From an uncultured Acidimicrobiaceae bacterium (GTDB taxonomy: Bacteria > Actinomycetota > Acidimicrobiia > Spongiisociales > ZC4RG35): a stretch of 35,615 nucleotides of DNA. Both the position numbers and the translations under genes were made by a program. Positions 1 through 8,203 of this stretch are shown piece after piece. The notes beneath the pieces are model-generated. The model worked only from the letters and a program-made list of their open reading frames with translations. It was not told the DNA's origin and made no database searches. Every line of letters starts with the position of its first letter. The first letter of the stretch is position 1. The DNA lies in assembly GCA_964501055.1 (NCBI GenBank), contig CAZCRP010000002.1, positions 1 through 35,615 of the forward strand, given 5' to 3'.

Positions 1-65
1 GCGCAGCTTGGTAGCGCGCAGCGTTCGGGACGCTGAGGTCGTGGGTTCAAGTCCCACCGTCCCGA
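1..65 (+). tRNA. tRNA-Pro (anticodon CGG), 5' end cut by window edge
   Basis: The window opens at about tRNA position 10. D-arm is GCGC/AGCTTGGTA/GCGC. Anticodon stem-loop is CAGCG/TTCGGGA/CGCTG, with CGG in the anticodon position. T-arm is GTGGG/TTCAAGT/CCCAC. The 3' acceptor strand is CGTCCCG plus discriminator A. No CCA is encoded. Confidence 0.85.
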
Positions 66-84
66 CAAGAGAAACACCAGGTCA

Positions 85-106
85 GGGCCGCCCTTCGGGG
101 CGGTCC
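85..106 (+). terminator. GC-rich hairpin downstream of tRNA-Pro (possible terminator or processing stem)
   Basis: GGGCCGCCC-TTCG-GGGCGGTCC forms a 9-bp stem (one G-U pair) with a TTCG tetraloop, followed by GCTGGTTTG. The T tract is weak. Confidence 0.3.
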
Positions 107-191
107 GCTGGTTTGAGAGGGTGTTCATCGCGCATCCATCGCGCGTCTCGAAACCTGGGGCCATGCGGGCGACCGACCGTACAAGCTGGGT

Positions 192-527
192 ATGGCAGGC
201 CGTTCGATAGCTCTCAACTCACTGATCGAGGTTCACCGAGCCGAGATTCGGGCGTTGTTGGAGCCGTACAACGCCTGTTCGATCGCGGTGTTCGGTTCGG
301 TCGCGCCGGGGCGGCGAGGCAACGGTCGACAGTGACATCGACTTCCTCGTCGAGTTCGAGCCTGGGAGCTCACTTCTGGATCTGATCTCGAGGAGGCGCT
401 CTGTGACCTCCTGGGCGTCGATGTCGACGTCATCTCGCTCGGAGCACTTCTCGAACGAGACGACGAGATCCGAAGCGACGCCGTCACGCTGGGAGCCGAT
501 CCGACGCCCACCGCCTGGCCGACATGA
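192..527 (+). pseudogene. mntA: MntA-type minimal nucleotidyltransferase (antitoxin), reading frame broken twice
   Basis: ATG 192 gives MAGRSIALNSLIEVHRAEIRALLEPYNACSIAVFGSVA in frame 3. The NTase core RGGEATVDSDIDFLVEFEPGSSLLDLI lies in frame 1 (about 307-387), while frame 3 hits TGA at 333-335. The tail LEEALCDLLGVDVDVISLGALLERDDEIRSDAVTL returns to frame 3 and stops at 525-527. The stop overlaps the hepT ATG (ATGA). Confidence 0.6.
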
Positions 528-826
528 ACATGGCGGCCGACGAGATCGCCGCGATTACCCAGCGTGGACATGAGGCATTCGACACCGACATCGTGTTGCG
601 TCGCGCTGTCGAACGGTGTCTCGAGATCATCGGTGAGGCATCCAAGGCGATGTCGTCCGATGTCACCGACACCTACCCCGAGATCCCTTGGTCCGACATG
701 GCGAAAGTGCGCGATCGACTGAGTCATCACTACCACCGGATCGATCCCTCACAGCTGTGCACCATGCCGACACAGAACATTCCGGCCGTCGTGAGACTCC
801 TCCGGGAGGTTGAACCACGCGGGTGA
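524..826 (+). CDS. hepT: HepT-type HEPN (DUF86) toxin
   Basis: 100-aa ORF with the HEPN Rx4H motif inside RDRLSHHY. Size is typical and the start is coupled to the upstream MNT gene. Confidence 0.8.
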   Translation: MNMAADEIAAITQRGHEAFDTDIVLRRAVERCLEIIGEASKAMSSDVTDTYPEIPWSDMAKVRDRLSHHYHRIDPSQLCTMPTQNIPAVVRLLREVEPRG

Positions 827-943
827 TCCAATCCGAGCCATGCCCCGAGGGGCCGCGATGAATGTGATGCGTGGCAGCTCTGGATTCGCCGCCACGACGA
901 AGACACCCCGAGTGACACCGTGCGGAAGGAGGCGACGCCGGCC

Positions 944-3900
944 TCACCGCCCCTCCTCGTGGAGAAGTTCCAGGATCATGTCTGCGAGACGGTCTGTGTC
1001 GATGTCCGGCGGTTTGGGGAGACGCGACTGGAGACGCCGGTGCCACTCTGCCTGGTGTGCGTCGCGGGCCAGTCCAATTTGTTGGCGTAGTTTTGAGGTG
1101 GCTTCCAAGAGCGCCGATGCTCTCAGGGCTTGTCGTTCTGTGATAGCCATCTCGGCGGCGAGATCTCCAGTTTCGGCGAGACCAGCTGGCGTGTTCGCTG
1201 CTCCTGGCCCTTCGACGATTTCGGCCATGAATTGCCGAGCCAATGCGAAGTCACCGCCCTCCCAGGCGACACGGGCCAAGATCTGCTTGCAACGCATTCT
1301 CGTGTAGGCGGGCCCCCGCTCGGGGTGGACAGCCACCGTCAAGGCCTCTTCAGTCAGTTCACGCGCTCGCGCTAGGTCGCCTCTCTCGAGGGAGACGAAA
1401 GCGTGTTCCACGAGGGTCATACCCAAGTGGAGGTTCGATCGTGCGACGCGAAGCGTGTCTGCTGCCGCCTCCAAACGGCTGTCGGCGCGATCCAGGTCGC
1501 CGACCATCCGAGCCTGGATTCCCTCAATTGTACGGAGCAGCGCTTCCGGCTGGATTGGCCACATTTGTTCGGCTGCAGTCGACGCGTCCGAGGCATATCC
1601 GGCAGAGCGCTCGACTTCACCCATCCAGGCGGTGACCGCCGACAGATTGATGAAAAGCGCGGGTAGCACGCTTGACTGTTGCTGCTGCGCCAGTTCGGTC
1701 CCCCGCACGAGGTGGGCCTGGGCGCTCCGCATGTCGCCCTTCTCAGCCTTGAGCGAGCCCTTGAGGTTGCTCCAATTCAGATCCTCGATGTCGAAGCCGC
1801 TGATGGCAGCGATCGAGATGATTCTCTCGCCCTCCGCGTAATCGCCCCGGTGAACCAGGAGCCACGCGAGGCCAAGTAGGAGCTCGTTGCGGACATCGTC
1901 GGCTGGGGGGCTGGACGACGCTAACACCCGCTCGATGAGCCTCCCGCCCTGATCGTAGAAACCCAGTCGCAACCAGTAGGCCGTCAAGCCGGTGGCCATC
2001 GCTGCTGCGTCGTCTACCCGAGCCTGAGCGAGCAGATGGTCCAGGGTTGCTTCGAGGTGGAGGCGTTGTTTCGCGAACATGGCTTGCATCACGGGATCAT
2101 CTGCGGTGCGAGTACCGGAGAGCTCCTCGGCGACCCGTAGGAAGTGGCGGTCGCGGCGGTCCACAGCCTCCAGAAGCGGGGCTCCGGCGAGCCGCTCAGC
2201 TCCGAATTGGCGAAGCGGCTCGAGCACGCGGTACCTCGGTTCCGGACCGGTGATCCGCGTGAGCATCGACTTGGCGACCAGCTCCCCGACGAGGCGATCG
2301 GCGTCGTCGGAGCCGATGACGGAACAGGCCGCCGCCAGGTCAAATTCGCCTCGCACCAGCGACAGGGCTTCGAACGCCTGCTGCTCGTCCCGGGTCAACG
2401 TCTGGTAGCTCCAGTCGAAGGCAGCTCGAAGGGTTCGATGCCTGGGAAGAGCAGTTCGCGGACCCCTGCCAAGAGCTGCGAACACGTCGTCGATGCGGCT
2501 CGCCAGCTCGCTGATCGGGAGCATGGCCAGCCTGGGTGCAGCGAGTTCGATGGCGAGAGGGATGCCATCGAGGCGGTGGACGATGGCAGCCACTTGATGG
2601 AGTGTTGCTTCGTCGCGCTCCACCTGGATCCCGGCTGAGCTTGCCCGGTCGAGGAACAGTGCGACCGCGTCGGAGTTCGCCACATCCTCATCCCCAGGCG
2701 CTTTTGGATCAGGCAGGTCCAGAGGCGGGATCTGGTATACCGCCTCTCCAGCCACCTGGAGCGACTCTCGACTCGTGGCCAGGATTCGTAACCCAGGGCA
2801 CCGCTGGAGGACGGTGGCAGCGAGCTGGGCGACCCCATCCACCAAGTGTTCGGCGTTATCGAGGACCAGAAGCATGTGCCGATTTCGAAGGTGGCGAGCC
2901 AGATCGCCGAGATCCTGACTTCCGACCTGGAGCGGAGCGCCGAGGGTCTCGAAAATCGCGGGGAGGAGCTGGTCGTTGTCGACGGGGGCGAGGTCCACAA
3001 TCCAAACTCCATCCGCGTGTCTACCCACCTGGGTGTGTGTCATTTCGATCGCCAAACGGGTTTTCCCGGATCCACCCGGACCGGTCAGGGTCACCAGCCG
3101 ATACCGGTCCAGGAGCTTGATGAGGTGCTCGGCCTCTTTATGACGGCCCACGAATCGATTGAGCGGTAGCGGCAGATTGTGAAGGCCCGGCCTCGGTGCA
3201 ACCAAGAGGGCCGGATCGTGCTGGAAGATGGCATCTTCCAGCTCCCGAAGCCCGGGCCCGACCTCGAGGCCAAGTTCGCCAAGCACCGTCGCCGCCTCAC
3301 GCAGAGTTTTGAGCGCCTCTGTCTGTCGGCCCTCTCGATAAAGGGCAAGAGCCAGCAGCTGCCAGGCCTGCTCCCGGTAGGGATCGGCTGCAAGAAGCTC
3401 CCGCAGCCGATCGACGACAGCCCCGGCCGTTCCCATTTCCAAGCGGGCATGGGCCCACTGCTCAACCAGTTGCGACCACATCAGGGCTAATCGGCGACGA
3501 ACAGTCTCTGCGAACAGCTGTCGTTGAAATTCGGTCAACGGTTCCTCTCCCCAGAGCTCAAGCGCTGCCTCGGCGAACTCGATGGTTTCGGCGTGGTCGC
3601 CTTTTTCTGCCGCCGTCCGAGTCCGGCTAGCGAGCTGTTCGAAGCACAAGACATCGACGTCGGCGTGGTCGATGGCCAGCCGATAACCACCCTCTTCGGT
3701 GAGGAGGAGGGCTGGCCGGGTGGGGTCAGTTTCGAGAATCCGCCGCAACAGAGAGATGTACACCCGGATGGTGTGGACCGCTTGATCGGGAGGCGCATCT
3801 TCCCAGAGCAACTCGACAAGCCGATCGACTGTGACGGCCCGGCCGGCATGGAGCGCGAGCAGCGCAATTAGAGCTTTCTGGCCGACGCTGCCCAGGTTGA

Positions 3901-3952
3901 GCTCGTCGTCTCCACGCAACGCACGAACTGCGCCAAAGAGCCTCAGTTCCAC
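944..3952 (-). CDS. SARP/AfsR-family regulator (OmpR-type wHTH + BTAD + NB-ARC P-loop ATPase + TPR-like repeats)
   Basis: Maximal ORF is 944..4096. The N-terminus VELRLFGAVRAL...ALIALLALHAGRAVTVDRLVELLW is a winged helix. The BTAD segment is DPYREQAWQLLALALYREGRQTEALKTLREA. Walker A is GPGGSGKTRLA and the Walker B-like motif is MLLVLDNAEH. The C-terminal half is helical-repeat. I set the start at GTG 3952 because the first 48 codons of the maximal ORF overlap the divergent SDR gene and are not SARP-like. Confidence 0.85.
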   Translation of the reverse strand: MELRLFGAVRALRGDDELNLGSVGQKALIALLALHAGRAVTVDRLVELLWEDAPPDQAVHTIRVYISLLRRILETDPTRPALLLTEEGGYRLAIDHADVDVLCFEQLASRTRTAAEKGDHAETIEFAEAALELWGEEPLTEFQRQLFAETVRRRLALMWSQLVEQWAHARLEMGTAGAVVDRLRELLAADPYREQAWQLLALALYREGRQTEALKTLREAATVLGELGLEVGPGLRELEDAIFQHDPALLVAPRPGLHNLPLPLNRFVGRHKEAEHLIKLLDRYRLVTLTGPGGSGKTRLAIEMTHTQVGRHADGVWIVDLAPVDNDQLLPAIFETLGAPLQVGSQDLGDLARHLRNRHMLLVLDNAEHLVDGVAQLAATVLQRCPGLRILATSRESLQVAGEAVYQIPPLDLPDPKAPGDEDVANSDAVALFLDRASSAGIQVERDEATLHQVAAIVHRLDGIPLAIELAAPRLAMLPISELASRIDDVFAALGRGPRTALPRHRTLRAAFDWSYQTLTRDEQQAFEALSLVRGEFDLAAACSVIGSDDADRLVGELVAKSMLTRITGPEPRYRVLEPLRQFGAERLAGAPLLEAVDRRDRHFLRVAEELSGTRTADDPVMQAMFAKQRLHLEATLDHLLAQARVDDAAAMATGLTAYWLRLGFYDQGGRLIERVLASSSPPADDVRNELLLGLAWLLVHRGDYAEGERIISIAAISGFDIEDLNWSNLKGSLKAEKGDMRSAQAHLVRGTELAQQQQSSVLPALFINLSAVTAWMGEVERSAGYASDASTAAEQMWPIQPEALLRTIEGIQARMVGDLDRADSRLEAAADTLRVARSNLHLGMTLVEHAFVSLERGDLARARELTEEALTVAVHPERGPAYTRMRCKQILARVAWEGGDFALARQFMAEIVEGPGAANTPAGLAETGDLAAEMAITERQALRASALLEATSKLRQQIGLARDAHQAEWHRRLQSRLPKPPDIDTDRLADMILELLHEEGR

Positions 3953-4062
3953 ACCCGCAATCGTATTGATCTCGCGTTGACCTTGTTCAACGAACGTGTC
4001 TTGAGACGCGCCACAGACCCACCAATCGCAAGACAGACAGCGCGGAAGGAAGGGAAGAAGCA

Positions 4063-4941
4063 GTGGCAAAGGTCGACGGGGATCTATCCGGATCAATCGC
4101 TGTTGTTACTGGAGGGTCCCGGGGATTGGGGAGGGAGATCGCCGATGTGCTGGCACGCCGCGGATGCCGGCTCGTGCTTGTTGCCCGTACGGCAGCGACG
4201 CTGACGGCGACCGCGGCGAGGATTGAGACTGAGGTGGGGGTCTCTTGCTTACCTATCGCCGCCGATGTGACTAACGCGGCCGATCGGAACGAGATTCTCG
4301 AGCTAACAGAGCGACGGGTTGGTCCCTCCGACATCTTGGTCAACTGCGCCGGCATCGTGAGAGCAACGCAGTTCGTCGACGAGGACCCTCACCGAATCGT
4401 GGCGACCAACCTCGAGGCTCCGATAGAGCTGACCCGGCTGTTCGTTCCGGGAATGGTGCAGCGCGGCCGCGGCGCCGTCCTCAACATCGCATCCTTGGCG
4501 GGCAAGGTAGGGCTGCCGTTCATCGCCGAATACTCCGCCACCAAGGCGGGGTTGATCGCCTTTTCTCGTGCCGCCAGAGAGGAATTGCGGGGTACTGGGG
4601 TGATCATCACCGTGGCGTCTCCTGGGTTCATGGTCGATGAGGGCATGTATGTGGCCTATCGGACCGCACCGCCCTGGTACTTCGGCGCCAACCAGACCTC
4701 AAGTGTTGCCCGTCAGGCGATAAAGGCAATGATTCGTGGTCGGTCAGACGTCATCCTCAACTCGCGGCCTGTTCGTCCGCTCCTGATGACCGAGCACTTC
4801 TCCGAGAGGATCATGCGTTCGGTGTTGCGACTCCTCGGCACCACAGACTTCATGCGAGGGCTCGCAGACAAGAGAATCCCCTACTCAGACTTCCCGGAGC
4901 TCGTGTCAGAGTCAAGAAAGAGAGGAAGCGATGTCGGGTAA
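4063..4941 (+). CDS. SDR-family oxidoreductase
   Basis: Has the TGGSRGLG dinucleotide-binding motif, NIASLAG and YSATKAG (Ser/Tyr-x3-Lys). GTG start, 292 aa. Confidence 0.85.
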   Translation: MAKVDGDLSGSIAVVTGGSRGLGREIADVLARRGCRLVLVARTAATLTATAARIETEVGVSCLPIAADVTNAADRNEILELTERRVGPSDILVNCAGIVRATQFVDEDPHRIVATNLEAPIELTRLFVPGMVQRGRGAVLNIASLAGKVGLPFIAEYSATKAGLIAFSRAAREELRGTGVIITVASPGFMVDEGMYVAYRTAPPWYFGANQTSSVARQAIKAMIRGRSDVILNSRPVRPLLMTEHFSERIMRSVLRLLGTTDFMRGLADKRIPYSDFPELVSESRKRGSDVG

Positions 4942-5518
4942 ACCAAGCAGGGTCACAGCGGCTGCTGGCACGCTCTCTCAGCGGTTGTTCTACTTCTTTG
5001 CGGTTGTGGTCGTCGTGCAGGCCGTCCACGTCTTCGAGCACATCCTCCAGTTGATCCAGGTCTTCATTCTCGCCGTTCCCGACGACGACGCCCTTGGCCT
5101 CCTAGGGATGGTATTCGAATTCCAGGGCACCGAGGAGTGGCTGCATCTCGTTTTCAACGTCACCTACCTCGCTGGCTTCTACGTGCTGCTGCGACCGCTC
5201 TGGCGAGCCACGCCCACAGTGGTGCCGCATTGGGCGTTGTGGGCATTCCTGATAGCCGGAGTGGGTCTGCAGACCTGGCACGGGATCGAACACATCGTGA
5301 TCATCAGCCGGGTGATCGCCAATAGCGGCTGCCCTTGCCCAGGCATCCTGGATGTTGCGCTGGGAACAACTGACACGGTGCTGCACTTCTTCTACAACAC
5401 CATCACGTTCTTGGGCCTGCTCGCCCCGTTCTGGTATGTGGTACGCCACCGCCTTTCCCCGGGATCCGCGGTCCCACCTTCTGGCTCGCAGCGAGAGAAA
5501 TCGCCAGCTCGTCCGTGA
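4931..5518 (+). CDS. Hypothetical 4-helix membrane protein with duplicated His/Glu motifs
   Basis: A purine-rich SD-like AGAGAGGAAG lies just upstream of ATG 4931. The gene overlaps the SDR stop by 11 nt. There are four hydrophobic segments. Motif pairs are HVFEH + WLHLVFN and HGIEH + LHFFYN, and a loop carries CPCPG. I do not recognise a family. Confidence 0.65.
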   Translation: MSGKPSRVTAAAGTLSQRLFYFFAVVVVVQAVHVFEHILQLIQVFILAVPDDDALGLLGMVFEFQGTEEWLHLVFNVTYLAGFYVLLRPLWRATPTVVPHWALWAFLIAGVGLQTWHGIEHIVIISRVIANSGCPCPGILDVALGTTDTVLHFFYNTITFLGLLAPFWYVVRHRLSPGSAVPPSGSQREKSPARP

Positions 5519-5766
5519 CTTCCGGTCCGATGCCGGCCTTGACGAGGTCAATCGACCTGCACAGGGGAATCCAACAGATTGGAGAAACCACGTCGAGAGC
5601 GCCGTTGATGGGCTGCATCGCAGTCCTTGGCACCTGCTTCGTAGTAGCTCATGGCAGTGTTGTCTCCCGGTCAGGAGCACATCCTCAGTTCACCTCCCGG
5701 TTGGATGACATAGCGGGATGGGATGGTGATCACATGCCCAGCTTTGTTTTTCCAGCCACCATCCAC

Positions 5767-6320
5767 CTACGTCTGCGGTCCTGGTCGCGTTCTTGCGGAG
5801 GAGTACATATTCGCTGCCGAACTCGACGTCGTTGAGCCAGTTCGATCGCTGCCTCCTCTTCGCGCATCGGCGGCCACGTAATCGTCCAACCGCCGAAGGT
5901 GCATCGCCTTTGATTCATCGCGTGCCCAGGAGATCGTGAAGGCATTGCGGATCAATCGCGCCACCTCCTCTTTGGTAAGCCCCGCTTCCGATTGGGCGGT
6001 CTCGAGGTTGTCGGTGATGTAACCCTGGAAGTAGGCCGGGTCGTCGGAATTGACCGTTACCAGCATCTCCTGGTCGAGCATCGTCTTGATCTGTGCCGCC
6101 TTGCTGTTCTGCACCACCCGGATGTTGGAGATCGGACACACGGTCAGTCCATCCCCCGCTTGACGATTTCCTCGGTGAGCCCTTCGTCGTCGAGTGAGTT
6201 GACCCCGTGGTCGATTCGCTCCACCCCGATGTCGAATAACCGCAGGCAGAGTGTGGCGTCAGCGAACCGCTCCCGGGCTGTCGCTGCGACTGTTGCGAGT
6301 ATCAGGTAGCTTGATATCAT
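5767..6320 (-). pseudogene. add: Adenosine/adenine deaminase family remnant (C-terminal part only, internal frame break)
   Basis: Segment 6144..6320 reads MISSYLILATVAATARERFADATLCLRLFDIGVERIDHGVNSLDDEGLTEEIVKRGMD then stop. In another frame, 5767..6141 reads (LT)VCPISN...MLVTVNSDDPAYFQGYITDN. The RIxHGV, LTVCPxSN and VNSDDP blocks are Add signatures. The N-terminal half of the enzyme is absent. Confidence 0.65.
6300..6316. promoter_or_regulatory. Candidate operator copy 1: TATCAGGTAGCTTGATA (arms TATCA-N7-TGATA)
   Basis: This is the exact reverse complement of the 17-mer at 9085..9101. It lies 46 nt upstream of the SDR GTG (6363) and abuts the ATG of the add remnant. Confidence 0.6.
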
Positions 6321-6362
6321 TCCCTCCTTGGAACGGAGGTCGCTACGAAACTGACGAACAAA

Positions 6363-7253
6363 GTGGCGGTCGTCACCGGCGCCGGTCGCGGCTTGGGTTT
6401 CGCCTATGCCCGGGCTCTAGCCGCAGCTGGTGCGTCGGTCGTCCTCAATGATGTGGACGAGGATTCGGCTCGACACGGGGCGCAAGCCATCGAGTCCGAC
6501 GGTGGCGTGGTCGCCGTGCACGTTGGTCCGGTTGGCAGCAACGAGACCGCCGATGAGCTCGTCCGGACTGCGCTCGACAACTTCGGCCAACTCGACGCCA
6601 TGATCACCAACGCAGGGGTGATCCGCGATCGTGTCCTCTGGAAAATGACAGACGAGGACTTCGATCAGGTCGTGGAGGTACATCTGCGCGGAACCTTCAC
6701 CTGTGCGCGGAGTGCCGCCGTCTATTTCCGCGAGGCGGAACGTGGAGGTCGGCTCATCCTCGTCGGCTCACCTGCTGGACAACACGGGAACTTCGGGCAA
6801 TCGAACTATGCGGCATGCAAAGCGGGCATCACAGCAATGGCCCGGACGTGGGCGATGGAGCTGGCACGCGCGCAGGTGACGGTCAACTGCATCATTCCCA
6901 CAGCCGCGACGGCGATGACGAAGACCATCCCTACGTATGCCGAGCACATCGAGGCGTGGGAGCAGAACGGAACACTCCTTCCCGACTGGATGCGACGAGA
7001 CCACGCCATGGGTGCTGTCGATGATGTTGCGCCCCTGGTCGTGTTCCTGGTTTCCGACGAGAGTGAGCACATCACCGGTCAGACCATCGGCCTGGGAGGC
7101 GATCGTCTCGCCCTGTGGAGCTATCCAACCGAGGTTGCGACGGTTTTCCGTGACGGGGGGTGGGATGCAGATGGCATCGCTGCCGAGTTCGTCCGTCAGC
7201 TCGGGCCGATGACCCAAAGCTACGGGATCGCATTGCCGGACGCCACGAGATGA
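6363..7253 (+). CDS. SDR-family dehydrogenase, MFE-2/Hsd4A-like (3R)-hydroxyacyl-CoA dehydrogenase type
   Basis: Has VVTGAGRGLG, NAGVIRD and NYAACKAG. An SD GGAGG lies at 6335-6339, so the true start may be a few codons upstream of GTG 6363 at a non-canonical codon. Confidence 0.85.
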   Translation: MAVVTGAGRGLGFAYARALAAAGASVVLNDVDEDSARHGAQAIESDGGVVAVHVGPVGSNETADELVRTALDNFGQLDAMITNAGVIRDRVLWKMTDEDFDQVVEVHLRGTFTCARSAAVYFREAERGGRLILVGSPAGQHGNFGQSNYAACKAGITAMARTWAMELARAQVTVNCIIPTAATAMTKTIPTYAEHIEAWEQNGTLLPDWMRRDHAMGAVDDVAPLVVFLVSDESEHITGQTIGLGGDRLALWSYPTEVATVFRDGGWDADGIAAEFVRQLGPMTQSYGIALPDATR

Positions 7254-7711
7254 GTGTCATTGTCCGAAGCCCAGAGGACATCCACGCTCTCGTCGGCAAT
7301 GAGATCGGGACTTCGGGATGGTTTGAGGTGACGCAGGGCCACATCGACGCGTTTGCCGACCTGACGGGTGACCACCAATGGATCCATACTGATCCCGAAC
7401 GGGCCACATCAGGACCGTTTGGAACGACGATCGCCCATGGGTACTTGACGCTTTCGCTCCTGGTGCCTCTCCTCGAAGAGATCTTGGAAGTCGAGAATCG
7501 GTCCTCTTCGATCAACTACGGTCTCGAGAAGGTGCGATTTCCCGCTCCAGTGCCCTCTGGCTCCCGGGTCCGGATGACGGCCACCCTCGCCGAGGCAAGA
7601 GATGTCGACTCAGGAGTGCAAGTGAGCATCGACTGCGTCTTCCATGTTGAAGGCCAGGAGCGGCCGGCATGCGTTGCTCGGGCCGTTCTCCGTCACCACT
7701 TCTCGGCATGA
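7250..7711 (+). CDS. MaoC-like (R)-specific enoyl-CoA hydratase (hot-dog fold)
   Basis: ATG 7250 overlaps the SDR stop (ATGA). The motif is FADLTGDHQWIHTDPERA...GTTIAHGY. The longer ORF from 7160 is an upstream extension overlapping the SDR gene. Confidence 0.85.
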   Translation: MSVIVRSPEDIHALVGNEIGTSGWFEVTQGHIDAFADLTGDHQWIHTDPERATSGPFGTTIAHGYLTLSLLVPLLEEILEVENRSSSINYGLEKVRFPAPVPSGSRVRMTATLAEARDVDSGVQVSIDCVFHVEGQERPACVARAVLRHHFSA

Positions 7712-8202
7712 GCGATCGCGCGACCCAGAAGAGGCCCGCCGACGACACCGTTGAAGGGAGAGAGCAGCTCGAAGGACCCCGCTTCAGCTATGCGGTGGGA
7801 CTGCTCGACCGTAGCGTTCGCCGCAGCCTGGGGGCCGTCCTTCGACCTTTCGGGCTGACCGTCGCCGAGTACACCGCCCTCAGTCTCATCAGCCGTCGCG
7901 ATGGCTACTCCAACGCCGAACTGGCACGTCGATCCTTCGTCTCCCCGCAGGCCATGCACGAGATGATCACCTCGCTGGAGCAAAGGGGCCTCCTGGAAAG
8001 AGCTTCGTCGGAGTCGCACCGGTCAATGCGTCACACTCATCTCACCGGCAGTGGCCGCGACCTGCTCGAGCGGTGCAATGTGGCGGTGGATGAGATGGAG
8101 GAGGTCATGCTGGCTGGAGTTGCACCGGGACAACGAGCCGAGATCATCACCATACTCCGGCAGTCAGCCCGCAATCTACGGGACTTCCCCGCACCCAATT
8201 GA
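7708..8202 (+). CDS. MarR-family transcriptional regulator
   Basis: ATG 7708 overlaps the MaoC stop (ATGA). The wHTH region is LTVAEYTALSLISRRDGYSNAELARRSFVSPQAMHEMITSLEQRGLLER. Confidence 0.85.
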   Translation: MSDRATQKRPADDTVEGREQLEGPRFSYAVGLLDRSVRRSLGAVLRPFGLTVAEYTALSLISRRDGYSNAELARRSFVSPQAMHEMITSLEQRGLLERASSESHRSMRHTHLTGSGRDLLERCNVAVDEMEEVMLAGVAPGQRAEIITILRQSARNLRDFPAPN

Positions 8203-8203
8203 G

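Noticed and set aside
5548-5652. A 34-codon minus-strand ORF (MSYYEAGAKDCDAAHQRRSRRGFSNLLDSPVQVD) with an upstream GGGAGA. Nearby are a 3-codon mini-ORF (MCS) and a duplicated CCGGGAG.
   Set aside because: By hand count only about half of its codons end in G/C, unlike real genes here. The SD spacing is long (~10 nt) and there is no recognisable similarity. It is probably non-coding spacer downstream of the add remnant.
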